DNA of 64,000 nucleotides from Arcobacteraceae bacterium (GTDB lineage Bacteria > Campylobacterota > Campylobacteria > Campylobacterales > Arcobacteraceae), in NCBI GenBank assembly GCA_965224485.1, contig CBDCZH010000023.1:40376-104375 (forward strand). The letters run 5' to 3'. This document shows positions 1 through 10,271 of this stretch, one piece after another. The notes under the pieces are model-generated. The model was not told the origin of the DNA. It saw only the letters and a list, made by a program, of their open reading frames with translations, and ran no database searches. Both the position numbers and the translations under genes were made by a program. How positions within the stretch are numbered: the stretch's first letter is position 1; every line of letters begins with the position of its first letter.

Positions 1-1788
1 ATTAAGAGTATCTTTTGACATATAATAATCAAGATTTATAAAATAATTTAAATATCTTAGCGAAAAAGATGATGATGACTCAACTAATTGTTTATCAATA
101 TTATTATAAATTAATTTATTTTGAATACTTCCTAATAAATAATTAATAGTTAGTTCATTTTCTAATTCACCTAATTTAGCATTATAATTATCTTCATATA
201 TTACAGACTGTCTGATTTTGTGATTAATAATTTGTTTTAAACTCTCTTTTTCATATAAAGAATGATTTAGAGAAAATGTTAAAGATTTAATACTTTTATT
301 TAAAGAAAAAGGTTCTAACTCAGCTTTACGTGTATTTATATTATATAAAGCTCCTTTTTCTTTTACACTATTTGGAATTAAAAGCTCTACCTTTGCATTA
401 AGTGTATGTAAATAATTATCATAAGATTTAATTAAATCACTTGATAGTGAAACGATATGATTAAGTTCTACAAAAGTACCATTATCATACTGTGATGTTT
501 TATTAAAATAGTTAAATTTGATTGCGCTTAACTCTTCTTTTAATGTAAGATTTAAATAATCATCAAAAAATGAAAAATTATATGATAAAGGTATTTTTAA
601 TTCATACTTATCAGAGGTAACTCCATCAATTCTTGTATAATTTGTATATTTAAAATCACTTGAATATAATAATTTATCTAAAAATATACTCTTAGAATAA
701 CTATGTGCTTGAAGTTGTGGAAGTTCTTGCAAGGTTTTATCATTACTAAAATTCTTTGTATCTAAAAAGAATTTCAAATATGAACCAAAATAATATTTTG
801 GAGTATCATAATAATAATTTACAAAAGATTTTAACTTTTCCTCATCATTTCCATCTCCTAATAAAGAAGCATAATCTACATCATTTAACCAATTAATAGA
901 TAATAATAATTCATCATTATATTCACCTTTTGAAAATAAATTTGATCTTTCATAATCAATGTTATAACCAAAATGTTTTTTATTCTCTAAAGCATTTTCT
1001 TTAAAATACTCACCTTTTTCAACAAAAATTCCATTTGAAATTTTTAGTGAAGAATATTGTGAGTCTTTTATTCTAAATTGGGTATGTAAAGCATAACCTC
1101 TTTTTGTTCTTACACTTGGAGTTATTTCAAAATCATAAGAAGCACTAGGAGCAAAATAAACTGGTTGCTCATAAATTAGACCTTCCTTACTTGAATACCC
1201 AATAGTAGGTCTTAATAGTCCAGTTCGTCTTGTATTATCAGTTGGAAAACCGAAATAAGGAGTATAAAAAACAGGTACATCTTTTATATAAATAGTTGTA
1301 TTATAAATATCAATCCATTGTTTCTTCGTATCAAACTTTGCTTCTTTAAATCTAAAAGTCCAATCTGGATCAATACAATCACAACTAGACAAAACAGAAG
1401 AGTTAAAGAATATATTATTCTCTTTTTTACTTGAATTTTTTGAGCTTAACCAAATTTTAGAATCATTATTTAAAAGTAAAATAGGACTTTGTATTAACTC
1501 ATCTTTATTTAAATCTAAAAAAGAGTAATCACTTTGAGTAAAAAGTTTATTATCTTTTAATATAATTACATTATCAAAGAGTTCAAAAGTATTATTACTT
1601 TTATCATAAATAACCCTATTAGCTGCTATATAATAATCTTTTGAAAAAATTACTACATCCCCGCTAGCTTCAGTTATATTTTGTTTAGTTTTTACATTAT
1701 TTGCTAAAATTTCAAATAAATCGGTTTTTTCTTCTGCTTGTAAGCATAAAGAAGAAAGAATAAGTACAGGTAATATTTTTTTATACAT
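1..1788 (-). CDS. lptD: LPS-assembly outer membrane protein LptD/OstA, N-terminal ~596 codons (3' end beyond window)
   Basis: Absent from ORF track because it runs off the window. My translation of the minus strand from ATG 1788-1786 stays open to nt 1 (blocks 1-60, 901-960 and 1501-1788 checked codon by codon). It reads MYKKILPVLILSSLCLQAEEKTDLFEIL...TEASGDVVIFSKDYYIAANRVIYDKSNNTFELFDNVIILKDNK, a signal peptide plus OstA-like N-domain, followed by Y/N/F-rich barrel-like sequence. The ATG overlaps the end of the RDD gene. The lptD-RDD-purD neighbourhood resembles Helicobacter/Campylobacter. Confidence 0.7.
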   Translation of the reverse strand, partial: MYKKILPVLILSSLCLQAEEKTDLFEILANNVKTKQNITEASGDVVIFSKDYYIAANRVIYDKSNNTFELFDNVIILKDNKLFTQSDYSFLDLNKDELIQSPILLLNNDSKIWLSSKNSSKKENNIFFNSSVLSSCDCIDPDWTFRFKEAKFDTKKQWIDIYNTTIYIKDVPVFYTPYFGFPTDNTRRTGLLRPTIGYSSKEGLIYEQPVYFAPSASYDFEITPSVRTKRGYALHTQFRIKDSQYSSLKISNGIFVEKGEYFKENALENKKHFGYNIDYERSNLFSKGEYNDELLLSINWLNDVDYASLLGDGNDEEKLKSFVNYYYDTPKYYFGSYLKFFLDTKNFSNDKTLQELPQLQAHSYSKSIFLDKLLYSSDFKYTNYTRIDGVTSDKYELKIPLSYNFSFFDDYLNLTLKEELSAIKFNYFNKTSQYDNGTFVELNHIVSLSSDLIKSYDNYLHTLNAKVELLIPNSVKEKGALYNINTRKAELEPFSLNKSIKSLTFSLNHSLYEKESLKQIINHKIRQSVIYEDNYNAKLGELENELTINYLLGSIQNKLIYNNIDKQLVESSSSFSLRYLNYFINLDYYMSKDTLN

Positions 1789-2224
1789 TAACAACTAAAG
1801 TCCTAGATATTTTATCATGAAAGGTTTGTTTTCCACCATTTAATAATGCAAACAAAAAACCTAAGTAAAAAAACATTTCACTTAAAATTCTTCCAACTGA
1901 ACGTAGAGCGGCAGAACTTAATGCAACTCTTTCATAAGTATTATAGTCAATTACTTTAATCTTTACTATAATCTTACCAACAGTAGCTCCATAATACCAA
2001 ATAAATAAAGTTTGATAAATAAACTTTAAAAATAAAATAGGCAGTACAAAACCATTTACTACATCAACCATAGCTTCCATATCAGAAGCACTATTAGCAA
2101 TAGAATCCCAAAAAATAGCAAAAATAATAACTGATACTAAAATATCATCAATTAAAAAAGCAAAAAATCTTTTATAAATTGGGGCTAAACTCAAATCTTG
2201 GGCTGTATTATTTAAATTATTCAT
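1781..2224 (-). CDS. RDD family membrane protein
   Basis: 147 aa, about 3 hydrophobic segments, RDD-like N-terminal region (YKRFFAFLIDDILVSVIIF). 4-nt overlap with purD stop. Confidence 0.6.
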   Translation of the reverse strand: MNNLNNTAQDLSLAPIYKRFFAFLIDDILVSVIIFAIFWDSIANSASDMEAMVDVVNGFVLPILFLKFIYQTLFIWYYGATVGKIIVKIKVIDYNTYERVALSSAALRSVGRILSEMFFYLGFLFALLNGGKQTFHDKISRTLVVNV

Positions 2225-3498
2225 ATATTATCTAATTTCAATGCCTGATATGCTATATCAGTTCTGATTTTTTTTCCAGCGAAATGAACTTGCCCACATA
2301 AAGAATAAGCTCTATTTCTTGCTTGCTTAATACTTTTTCCTAAACCTACACACACTAAAATTCTTCCACCTGAAGAAAAAAGTTTATCATCTTGTTTTAT
2401 TACACCAGCATATGAAATATGAGTATTGTTTTTAATATCTTCATCAATTATTTCATCTATAATAATCTCAGCGTCTTTACTTGAACTATAAGGATAGTTT
2501 TCACTTGCCATTACAATTCCAACAGCAAATTCATCTTTAATTTTTAAATCAAGTGATTTTAAATCTTTTGTAGAAGCCTTATAAAAAAGCTCTGAAGCTG
2601 GTGTTTCTAATAAAGGCATAATGATTTCACACTCAGGATCACCAAATCTTACATTATATTCTAAAATAATCGGCTCACCTTTTACAACCATAACACCAAT
2701 AAAAAGAACACCTTCAAAAGAAGCACCCTCTTTCTTCATTCCTTTTAATGTAGGTTCAATTACTCTTTTATTTACTTTTTCATAAATGTCATCATTTACT
2801 AAAGGTGTTGGAGCATAAGCACCCATTCCGCCTGTATTTACACCTGTATCTCCATTACCTACTCTTTTATGATCTTGAGCGGCTGGTAATACAATATAAT
2901 CTTCACCATCACAAATTGCAAAAATTGATAATTCATAACCATCTAAAAATTCTTCAATTATTATTTCTTTTCCAGCATCTCCAAAAGAAGAACCAGCTAA
3001 CATCTCAGATGCTGCCTTCTTTGCTTCTTTTATACTTTGTGCAATAATTACACCTTTTCCACCACATAAACCATCTGCTTTTACAACAATTGGTAAATTC
3101 ATAGTTTCAATAAAATCATGAGCTTTTTTCTCATTTGATGTTTCTATAAACGCTGCTGTTGGTATATTATATTTTTTTAATATATTCTTCATATATACTT
3201 TTGAACCTTCAAGCTGTGCAGCTTTTTTGCTAGGGCCAAAAATAACTAAATCATGTTTTTTGAATATATCAACAACACCATCTACTAAGGGAGCTTCAGG
3301 ACCTACTATTGTTAAATCAATAGTACTTTTTTTTGCCCAAAGTGCCAATTCTTCATAATTATTAATATTTATATTAGTTCCAAGTGTAGATGTTGCACCA
3401 TTTCCTGGCATAAAAAATAACTTATGATTTTCTTCTTTATAAAGGGATAGACCAATAGAGTACTCTCTACCTCCGCTACCAAGTATCAAAATATTCAC
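2221..3498 (-). CDS. purD: Phosphoribosylamine-glycine ligase (GAR synthetase)
   Basis: 425 aa, GTG start (cac at 3496-3498) with AAGGA upstream. Contains MNILILGSGGREYS, GPEAPLV, ATP-grasp core KADGLCGGKGV and C-terminal GGRIL. Confidence 0.92.
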   Translation of the reverse strand: MNILILGSGGREYSIGLSLYKEENHKLFFMPGNGATSTLGTNININNYEELALWAKKSTIDLTIVGPEAPLVDGVVDIFKKHDLVIFGPSKKAAQLEGSKVYMKNILKKYNIPTAAFIETSNEKKAHDFIETMNLPIVVKADGLCGGKGVIIAQSIKEAKKAASEMLAGSSFGDAGKEIIIEEFLDGYELSIFAICDGEDYIVLPAAQDHKRVGNGDTGVNTGGMGAYAPTPLVNDDIYEKVNKRVIEPTLKGMKKEGASFEGVLFIGVMVVKGEPIILEYNVRFGDPECEIIMPLLETPASELFYKASTKDLKSLDLKIKDEFAVGIVMASENYPYSSSKDAEIIIDEIIDEDIKNNTHISYAGVIKQDDKLFSSGGRILVCVGLGKSIKQARNRAYSLCGQVHFAGKKIRTDIAYQALKLDNI

Positions 3499-3511
3499 TA
3501 AAAGTCCTTAA

Positions 3512-3692
3512 TTGTAAGTTACCCAAGTAGCCGTTGACCATCAAATGGCCCATAAAAGCCAATGACTGTACGTAAGAGTTATACTTTAGGAGCCTAAACA
3601 CAATGAAAGGCTACACACCGTATATTCTACAATTACACACATAAATACAGTATCGGACCCTCAACAATGGAAATCCCGCACTACTTAGATAA
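3512..3692 (-). ncRNA. ssrS: Structured small RNA, 6S RNA (ssrS) candidate
   Basis: 233-nt ORF-free gap between hemD and purD with a marked GC rise. On the minus strand the 5' and 3' arms pair (CUAAGUAG/CUACUUGG, CCAUUG/CAACGG, GGUCC/GGGCC) to form a closed rod. A TAGAAT -10-like box lies at 3697-3702 (minus). Ends are approximate. Strand was chosen from the G-U versus C-A pattern (2 of 3 helices). Confidence 0.5.
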
Positions 3693-3731
3693 TAGTATTC
3701 TAACTAATATTGCTTAAAGTGAAGTTTAAAA

Positions 3732-4367
3732 TTATAAACTTTGGGCTAGTTCTATGCATTTTTCTAAAGATGTACTAGGACTTATTTTAAAATCTACATA
3801 AGAAGGTAGATATTTAGCTGTAGTTTTTCCAATTACAACTGCTTTAAAACTCTTTTTCCAAGTATATCTTTTAAAAAAACAATCAATTGTTGAAGGTGAG
3901 CTAAAAATAATAATAGCATTATTACTTATTTCTATTTCTTTTAAATCCTCATTGCAAGCTGTTTCATAAGTTATAAGTTCATTAATATCTATTTCTTGTT
4001 TTTTTAATAATAAAACCAAAGAAGATACAACTTTTTTAGCTCTTATATATAAAACTTTTTTATTTTTTAATAAGGGAGCTAACTCTTTTGCAAAATCATT
4101 TCCATGAGATGATTCTCCTGTAAAACAAAGAGATCCACCTTCACTTTTTATAATATCTGCTGTTTTTTTTGCAATTGCATAAGATGGTATGTTTTGCCAA
4201 GTTTTATTAAATGAGTTTAAAGAATAAATTGCATTTTTTGAAGTAAATAATAGGGCATCATAAGAAGATAAATTAGTATTTGATTGTATGTATTTAATTT
4301 TTAAAACAGGAATGTTTATAACATTTGGGAATTTTATTTCACTTAAAATATAAACCTTAGAGATCAT
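3732..4367 (-). CDS. hemD: Uroporphyrinogen-III synthase
   Basis: 211 aa, two-lobed repeat signature typical of HemD (LLFTSKNAIYSL ... IIFSSPSTIDCFF). Size matches epsilonproteobacterial HemD. Confidence 0.6.
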   Translation of the reverse strand: MISKVYILSEIKFPNVINIPVLKIKYIQSNTNLSSYDALLFTSKNAIYSLNSFNKTWQNIPSYAIAKKTADIIKSEGGSLCFTGESSHGNDFAKELAPLLKNKKVLYIRAKKVVSSLVLLLKKQEIDINELITYETACNEDLKEIEISNNAIIIFSSPSTIDCFFKRYTWKKSFKAVVIGKTTAKYLPSYVDFKISPSTSLEKCIELAQSL

Positions 4368-4420
4368 TTACGCTCAGCTTTTTAAAGAAGAAAATCTTCT
4401 TTGATTTTTTATATAAGAAT

Positions 4421-4443
4421 CTAGTGCTTAAAAAAAGCACTAG
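4421..4443 (-). terminator. Hairpin downstream of der
   Basis: CTAGTGCTT-loop-AAGCACTAG, 9-bp stem, 10 nt after the der stop. A second hairpin AAAGAAG..CTTCTTT follows. U-tract is weak. Confidence 0.4.
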
Positions 4444-4452
4444 AATATATAC

Positions 4453-5919
4453 TTAAATTAATTGACTTTCGTTTTCTTCGATTTCTAAGTCTAACTCATC
4501 AATATCATTACCTTCTCGCTCACCTTTTCCACGTGCAACAAGATGTATAGGTGTTCCTTCAAAGTTAATCTTATCTCTTAAAAAGTTAATTAAATATCTT
4601 TTATATGAGAAATGTAATAATCTTGGTTTATTCATAATTAATGCAATTCTAGGAGGTTTTGTTTCAAACTGAGTTGAATAATATATTCTTAAAAATGCAC
4701 CATTTGGACTAGGAAGAGCATGTCTTCTAACAGCTTCCTCTATAGTATTATTTAAAATAGAAGTTGAAATTCTTTGAGAATAATTTTCATGAATATCAAT
4801 TAATTTATCTTTTAATCGATCCATGCTTCTTCCAGTTTTAGCAGATACTGCAATAATTGGAGCATAATATAAAAATTTGAACTTACTTCTTACTGTTTCT
4901 TCAAATTTTTTAAATGTTTCTAAATTCTCATCCCATTTATTTAATACAATAATAGTTCCTAAGGCATATTCATCAACCAAACCAGCTATTTTTTCATCTA
5001 AATCAACTAATTCACAAGAAGCATCTAGAACAATTAAAGCTAAATTTGCTTTTTCAAGCATGTCTCGTGTTCTCATTAAGGCGAATTTTTCAATTCCTTC
5101 AATCTTTCCACGTCTTCTTAAACCAGCAGTATCAACAAAAGTAATATCTTTACCCTTATATTGAAAAAATTCATCAACAGGATCAATTGTAGTTCCTGCT
5201 ATTGGAGACACAACAGATCGCTCTGAGCCTACTAAAGCATTTAAAATTGAAGACTTTCCAACATTAACTCGTCCAATAATTGCAATTTTTATACTATTAT
5301 CATCTATCTCTTCTTCTTCATTAATATCAGAGATATCTTCATTTTCATCATTTTCATTATCTTTAGTTTCAGAATTTCTAAGCTCTTCTTCACTTAAAGG
5401 AAGTTGCTCACAAATCCATTGAAATAAGTTTTTTGTACCTCTATTATGAGAAACTGAAATACCAAACATTTTTTCTTCAGCAACACCAAATTCGTAAAAA
5501 TCCCAAAGTCTCTCTAACTCTTTATCATTATCAATTTTATTAACAACTAAAGCTAGTTTTTTACCTAAGGCCTGAAGTTCATAAAATAATTCTTTATCTT
5601 TATCATCAGGAATATTCTTACCATCAACGATAAAAAGAACTATATCAGCTTCTTTAGCACACTCTATTGCTTTTCTTTTTACATTTGAAAATATAGCATC
5701 ATTAGTATCATCAATTCCACCTGTATCTAAAAGTAAGGCTTCTCTTTCTAATATTTTAACTTCATGTTTTCTAATATCTCTTGTTGTTCCAGCTTGCTCA
5801 GATACAATCGCAATTCTTTTTTGTGCAATTCTATTAAACAATGAACTTTTTCCAACATTAGGCTGTCCCACAAGGGCAATTTTGAGTAAATCATCTCTAT
5901 TATTATTTATACTTTGCAT
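4453..5919 (-). CDS. der: Ribosome-associated GTPase Der/EngA
   Basis: 488 aa, two tandem G domains (GQPNVGKSSLFN and GRVNVGKSSILN, each with DTGG/DTAG and NKxD) plus a KH-like C-terminus. An acidic linker lies between the domains. Confidence 0.92.
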   Translation of the reverse strand: MQSINNNRDDLLKIALVGQPNVGKSSLFNRIAQKRIAIVSEQAGTTRDIRKHEVKILEREALLLDTGGIDDTNDAIFSNVKRKAIECAKEADIVLFIVDGKNIPDDKDKELFYELQALGKKLALVVNKIDNDKELERLWDFYEFGVAEEKMFGISVSHNRGTKNLFQWICEQLPLSEEELRNSETKDNENDENEDISDINEEEEIDDNSIKIAIIGRVNVGKSSILNALVGSERSVVSPIAGTTIDPVDEFFQYKGKDITFVDTAGLRRRGKIEGIEKFALMRTRDMLEKANLALIVLDASCELVDLDEKIAGLVDEYALGTIIVLNKWDENLETFKKFEETVRSKFKFLYYAPIIAVSAKTGRSMDRLKDKLIDIHENYSQRISTSILNNTIEEAVRRHALPSPNGAFLRIYYSTQFETKPPRIALIMNKPRLLHFSYKRYLINFLRDKINFEGTPIHLVARGKGEREGNDIDELDLEIEENESQLI

Positions 5920-5958
5920 AAATTATTATTTTCCTACAATTTTTTTCTTATTATAACC

Positions 5959-5996
5959 AAAAAAAGGTATTAGCACTCATGCTAATACCTTTTTTA
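5959..5996 (-). terminator. Rho-independent terminator after hpf (bidirectional shape)
   Basis: AAGGTATTAGCA-CTCA-TGCTAATACCTT, 12-bp perfect stem (5964-5991) flanked by an A-run and a T-run. Confidence 0.7.
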
Positions 5997-6014
5997 TTAA
6001 AAAATTAAGAAATT

Positions 6015-6557
6015 CTAGTATAAACCGAATTTATCATCTTCTTTCATTTTGTATAAAACTCTCATATTATCATCTTTATCATAGAAAACTTTAAAACCAG
6101 CATCACTAGCTTTTAAATCAGATAAAGCTTCTTCAATTTCAATAGGTTTATAAGAACTTAATCTAGTTGGAACTATTTCATTTTCAAATTTTTCTAATTC
6201 AATAGCAACTTCATCTTGAACATTTAAAGCATCAAGCTCTGTTAATTTAGTAGCTTTATGCCCTGTAATTTTATCGTGATGTCTTCTTAAAACTTTAGAA
6301 ACTCTATCAACTGCAATATCAACAGCCGAATATAAATCTTTATCTTTTTGTTTTACAACAATAGTATCTAAATGAGCAACATTTAATGTAAACTCAAAAA
6401 CAAAAACAGGCTTACTGTTTCTTTCTTCTTTATCAATAATTGAATTTACTGAAATAATATCCAAATTATATTTTTTGAAAATATCTACTGAACTATTTAC
6501 GTAATCTTTAATTGCATCTGTTAATTCTATATGTCTTCCTACAATACTTGTATTCAT
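6015..6557 (-). CDS. hpf: Ribosome hibernation promoting factor (long HPF)
   Basis: 180 aa. N-terminal S30AE/YfiA-like domain (GRHIELTDAIKDYV) plus the C-terminal dimerisation extension typical of long HPF. Confidence 0.8.
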   Translation of the reverse strand: MNTSIVGRHIELTDAIKDYVNSSVDIFKKYNLDIISVNSIIDKEERNSKPVFVFEFTLNVAHLDTIVVKQKDKDLYSAVDIAVDRVSKVLRRHHDKITGHKATKLTELDALNVQDEVAIELEKFENEIVPTRLSSYKPIEIEEALSDLKASDAGFKVFYDKDDNMRVLYKMKEDDKFGLY

Positions 6558-6654
6558 GACAACTCCTTATATTTAATTACTTATATAATTATTCTAACAA
6601 AAGATACTTAAAAAAATAATAAGATTTTTATAAACTAATTAGGAATTTGGGAAT

Positions 6655-8658
6655 TTATATCAAAATCTCTCTATTTCCTTTAGTATTAGCTTCTGATAAA
6701 ACTCCATTTGCCTCAAGTTGTTCAATAATTGTAGCAGCTCTGTTATATCCAATTCTAAGTTTTCTTTGAATATAAGAAATAGATGTTTTTTTATCACTTA
6801 TTATAATATTTTTAGCATCTTCATAAAGTTCATCTAATTCAATCAAATCTTGCTTTGATAAAGATGAACCATCACTTGGTTTTTGTTTAACAAAATTCAT
6901 ATCATAAACAACTTCTCTTTGCTCTTTTAAAAACTCAACAACTTTTTCTATTTCATCTTCACTTGACCAAGGCGCATGAAGTCTAACTAAAGAAGATGTT
7001 CCAGGAGGAGTAAATAACATATCTCCTCTTCCTAATAAAGACTCAGCTCCCATAGAATCTAAAATAATCTTAGAATCTATTTTTTGCCCTACTTTATAAG
7101 CTAATCTACTTGGTAGGTTTGCTTTAATTAATCCAGTAACTACATCAACAGAAGGTCTCTGCGTTGCAACTATTAAGTGAATTCCAGAAGCTCTTGCCAT
7201 TTGTGCTAGTCTTGCAATAGAGACTTCAACTTCTTTTCCACTTGTCATCATTAAATCAGCTAACTCATCAATAATAACTACAATATAAGGAATAGCATCG
7301 AATCCTTCTTTTTTTGATTTCTCATTATAGTTTTCAATATTTTTAGTTCTAGTTTTAGCCATTAAAGTATAACGTCTTTCCATTTCACAAACCATATTAG
7401 CTAAAGCAGTAACTGCCTCACTAGCTTTTGTAATTACTGGAGTTAATAAATGAGGAATATCATTATACATTGAAAATTCAAGCATCTTAGGATCAATCAT
7501 CATAAGTCTTAAATTATCTGGTGAATTCTTATATAAAAGAGATAAAATCATTGAATTTATTCCAACAGACTTTCCAGAACCTGTTGTTCCTGCAATTAAA
7601 AGATGTGGAAGTTTTTTAAGATCTGTTATAAAAGGTTTACCAACAATATCTTTTCCTAAAATCATTGTTAGTGGAGATTTAGAGTTTTGGAAGATTTCAG
7701 ACTCTAACATCTCTTTTAAATAAATTGTTTGCATATTTTCATTTGGAACTTCTATTCCAACTACATCTTTTCCAGGAATTGGAGCTTGTATTCTTATTGT
7801 TTCAGCTTTTAAAGCCATTGCTAAATCATCTTGCAAGTTTAATATTTTAGATACTTTTACATGAGGTGCTGGTTTAAACTCAAAAGTAGTAACAACAGGA
7901 CCTGTATAGGTTCTAACAACATCACCTTCGATTTTAAATAAAGACAATTTTTCCAATAAATCTTTAATTTTCCCATCAATTAAAGCTTCATTTACTTTTG
8001 ATACTTTCTCTTTAGGAGAGTTTTGAAAAAATGAAGTTAAAGGAAGTTTAAAGTCTTTTGGTTTATCTATTACTCCTAACTCTATTTGATCTTGAAGTTT
8101 TTTATTCTCTTCTAATTCTTCAACTATTACAGAGTGAGTATCTGTTGTGAACTCAAGTTCTTCTACTACTTCTTTTTTCTCTTCTTTTTTTAAGGAATTA
8201 TTTTTTACTGTTGAGCTTTCAATCAGAATTTCAGCAGTATCCCCTACTTCTTTTACTACAATATTTTCTTCTTTTCTTTTTTCTCTTTTTTTAGGATCTA
8301 TACTTTTTGTTTTTATTCTTTTTGGGTTTTCTTGTATAAAAGTACTAGATCTTGATTCATTTACTTTTTTAGCATACGCTCGCAAAGAAAATTCACTATC
8401 TTCTAAAAAAACAATATAAGAAATCACTAAACCAATCAAAACACTTATCCATAAACCAGCATTACCAATATATGGACTTAAAGAAGTAATAATTATATTT
8501 CCAATTTCTCCTGAAAGTATGTCTTTTTCTAAAAGTAAAGCTTGCAAAATAAGTAAAGAAAAAATCAAAACTACAATAGTTAGGAATTTACTTAAAAAAT
8601 CTATATAATTAAATTTTTTGTAAGTTACTAGATATAAAGGATATAAAAATAGTAACAA
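6655..8658 (-). CDS. ftsK: DNA translocase FtsK (true start probably upstream, see finding)
   Basis: 667 aa from TTG. Walker A GTTGSGKSVGINSMI, Walker B VVIIDELADLMM, C-terminal gamma winged helix ISYIQRKLRIGYNRAATIIEQLEANGVL. The frame stays open to 8874 and encodes additional TM sequence. Confidence 0.92.
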   Translation of the reverse strand: MLLFLYPLYLVTYKKFNYIDFLSKFLTIVVLIFSLLILQALLLEKDILSGEIGNIIITSLSPYIGNAGLWISVLIGLVISYIVFLEDSEFSLRAYAKKVNESRSSTFIQENPKRIKTKSIDPKKREKRKEENIVVKEVGDTAEILIESSTVKNNSLKKEEKKEVVEELEFTTDTHSVIVEELEENKKLQDQIELGVIDKPKDFKLPLTSFFQNSPKEKVSKVNEALIDGKIKDLLEKLSLFKIEGDVVRTYTGPVVTTFEFKPAPHVKVSKILNLQDDLAMALKAETIRIQAPIPGKDVVGIEVPNENMQTIYLKEMLESEIFQNSKSPLTMILGKDIVGKPFITDLKKLPHLLIAGTTGSGKSVGINSMILSLLYKNSPDNLRLMMIDPKMLEFSMYNDIPHLLTPVITKASEAVTALANMVCEMERRYTLMAKTRTKNIENYNEKSKKEGFDAIPYIVVIIDELADLMMTSGKEVEVSIARLAQMARASGIHLIVATQRPSVDVVTGLIKANLPSRLAYKVGQKIDSKIILDSMGAESLLGRGDMLFTPPGTSSLVRLHAPWSSEDEIEKVVEFLKEQREVVYDMNFVKQKPSDGSSLSKQDLIELDELYEDAKNIIISDKKTSISYIQRKLRIGYNRAATIIEQLEANGVLSEANTKGNREILI

Positions 8659-8821
8659 GTAGGCATAAGAAAGGTATCCAAAGTATTTATGTGAATAAGA
8701 AGCAAAGATAAATCCAATTTGACCTATTGATTCTTTTTGAGTAAAAATAGTTGAATATTCAAAATAAACAATAATAAATAAGATGATTAATGATGAGATT
8801 TTTTTAAATATTTTATAGCCT

Positions 8822-9799
8822 TTATTTAAGTAATTTTGATATTTTAGCCTGTAATCTAAGCCAAGTTCTATGTTCCATTAAAGGAAAACCTGCCCACTGT
8901 TTTTTAGGCTCTTTTATACTTTTAGTAACTCCACCCCTGGCAGAAACTGTTGTAAAAGGTGCAATTTCTAAATGACCAGCAACTCCACTTTGAGCTCCCA
9001 TGATTACATACTGTTTTAAAACAGACGAACCAGCAAGTCCAACTTGACCAGTTAAGATACAGCCTTTTTCTAAAATACAATTATGTGCAATATGAACTAA
9101 ATTATCAATTCTAACACCTGTACATATAAGAGTAGATTTAAAAGCAGCCCTATCAATTGCACAATTAGCACCAATTTCCACATCATCTTCTATGATTACA
9201 TTTCCATTTTGATAAATTTTTATATATTTACCATCTTTTTGTGCAAAACCAAAACCATCACTTCCAATTACTGTTCCTGAATGAATAATACAGTTTGCTC
9301 CAATTATACACTCTTTATATATAGTAACATTAGCATGAATAATTGTATTTTCACCAATACTTACATTATCTCCAATATAAGCTCCACTTAAAATAGTACA
9401 ATTTTTTGCAATGTTAACCCCAAAACCGATATTAACACTTGGCACAAGTATTGAAGATTCATGAATTACAGCACTTTCTCCTTTTCTTTGAACAATAGAA
9501 GATGAGAAAAATTTAGAAGCATAAGCTAAAGCTACATAAGGTTCATCACAAATTAAAGCAATAGAAGTTTTGGGAACTAAAGGCGCAAACTCTTTATTTA
9601 TAAAAATAGCCGCAGCTTTTGTATTTTTTAAATCTTTTAAATACTTTTTATTCTCTAAAAAAGTTATCTCATTTTGTGAAGCATCATTTAATGTATTTAA
9701 TGAAGATATTTCAATATCTTCATTACAAGATATTTTAAGTTCGTAACAAAGTTTTTTTAAGTTCACAGTTTTTTTATCTTTCAATTGCAACAATTCCAC
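8822..9799 (-). CDS. lpxD: UDP-3-O-acylglucosamine N-acyltransferase
   Basis: 325 aa, left-handed beta-helix hexapeptide repeats through the centre, LpxD-like N-terminal domain. A GTG at 9766 (after the ilvN stop) is a plausible alternative start. Confidence 0.85.
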   Translation of the reverse strand: MELLQLKDKKTVNLKKLCYELKISCNEDIEISSLNTLNDASQNEITFLENKKYLKDLKNTKAAAIFINKEFAPLVPKTSIALICDEPYVALAYASKFFSSSIVQRKGESAVIHESSILVPSVNIGFGVNIAKNCTILSGAYIGDNVSIGENTIIHANVTIYKECIIGANCIIHSGTVIGSDGFGFAQKDGKYIKIYQNGNVIIEDDVEIGANCAIDRAAFKSTLICTGVRIDNLVHIAHNCILEKGCILTGQVGLAGSSVLKQYVIMGAQSGVAGHLEIAPFTTVSARGGVTKSIKEPKKQWAGFPLMEHRTWLRLQAKISKLLK

Positions 9800-10271
9800 T
9801 TCTTACTACTTCTAAAGGGTTAAATTTTTCCATTACTGAAATAAAATTTGCAATTCTTTGTGCTGAGTCTGTTGCACTTACAATAATAGCTTCATTCGTA
9901 ACATTTTGAATAGTTCCATTATAAGCTCTTGCTATTACATCAATATCAGCTAAATGATTATTAATTGAAAATTTCATTAATACAGTATCTTTTTCAACAA
10001 CATTTCTATGTTCATTAACTCGTAAAACAGGAATTAATTTATTTAACTGTTTTACAATTTGATCCATAACTCTTTTATCACCAGTTGTTACAATAGTCAT
10101 ACGAGAGTATTTACTTTTTGACATAGGCGCAACTGTTAAAGAATCAATATTATAACCTCTTGCAGAAAAAAGCCCTACTATTCTTGATAAAACATTATTC
10201 TCATTCATAACAACAACAGAGATAACTCTTCTTGTAATTTCACTATCATAATAGTGATTAAAATTATTCAT
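9774..10271 (-). CDS. ilvN: Acetolactate synthase small (regulatory) subunit
   Basis: 165 aa, ACT domain ([31 protein letters not shown]). 8-nt overlap with the large subunit gene. Confidence 0.9.
   Translation of the reverse strand: MNNFNHYYDSEITRRVISVVVMNENNVLSRIVGLFSARGYNIDSLTVAPMSKSKYSRMTIVTTGDKRVMDQIVKQLNKLIPVLRVNEHRNVVEKDTVLMKFSINNHLADIDVIARAYNGTIQNVTNEAIIVSATDSAQRIANFISVMEKFNPLEVVRSGIVAIER

Noticed and set aside
3499-3731. Possibility that the GC-rich hemD-purD spacer is a purine/ZTP-type riboswitch or simply the purD 5' UTR.
   Set aside because: I could not find the conserved cores of the purine or ZTP (pfl) riboswitches by eye. The end-to-end pairing fits a 6S-like rod better. This is not excluded without a covariance-model search.
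5270-5400. Acidic low-complexity insert (..ETKDNENDENEDISDINEEEEIDDNS..) between the two GTPase domains of Der.
   Set aside because: It is in frame and located in the naturally variable inter-domain linker. It is a lineage-specific linker expansion, not a separate feature.
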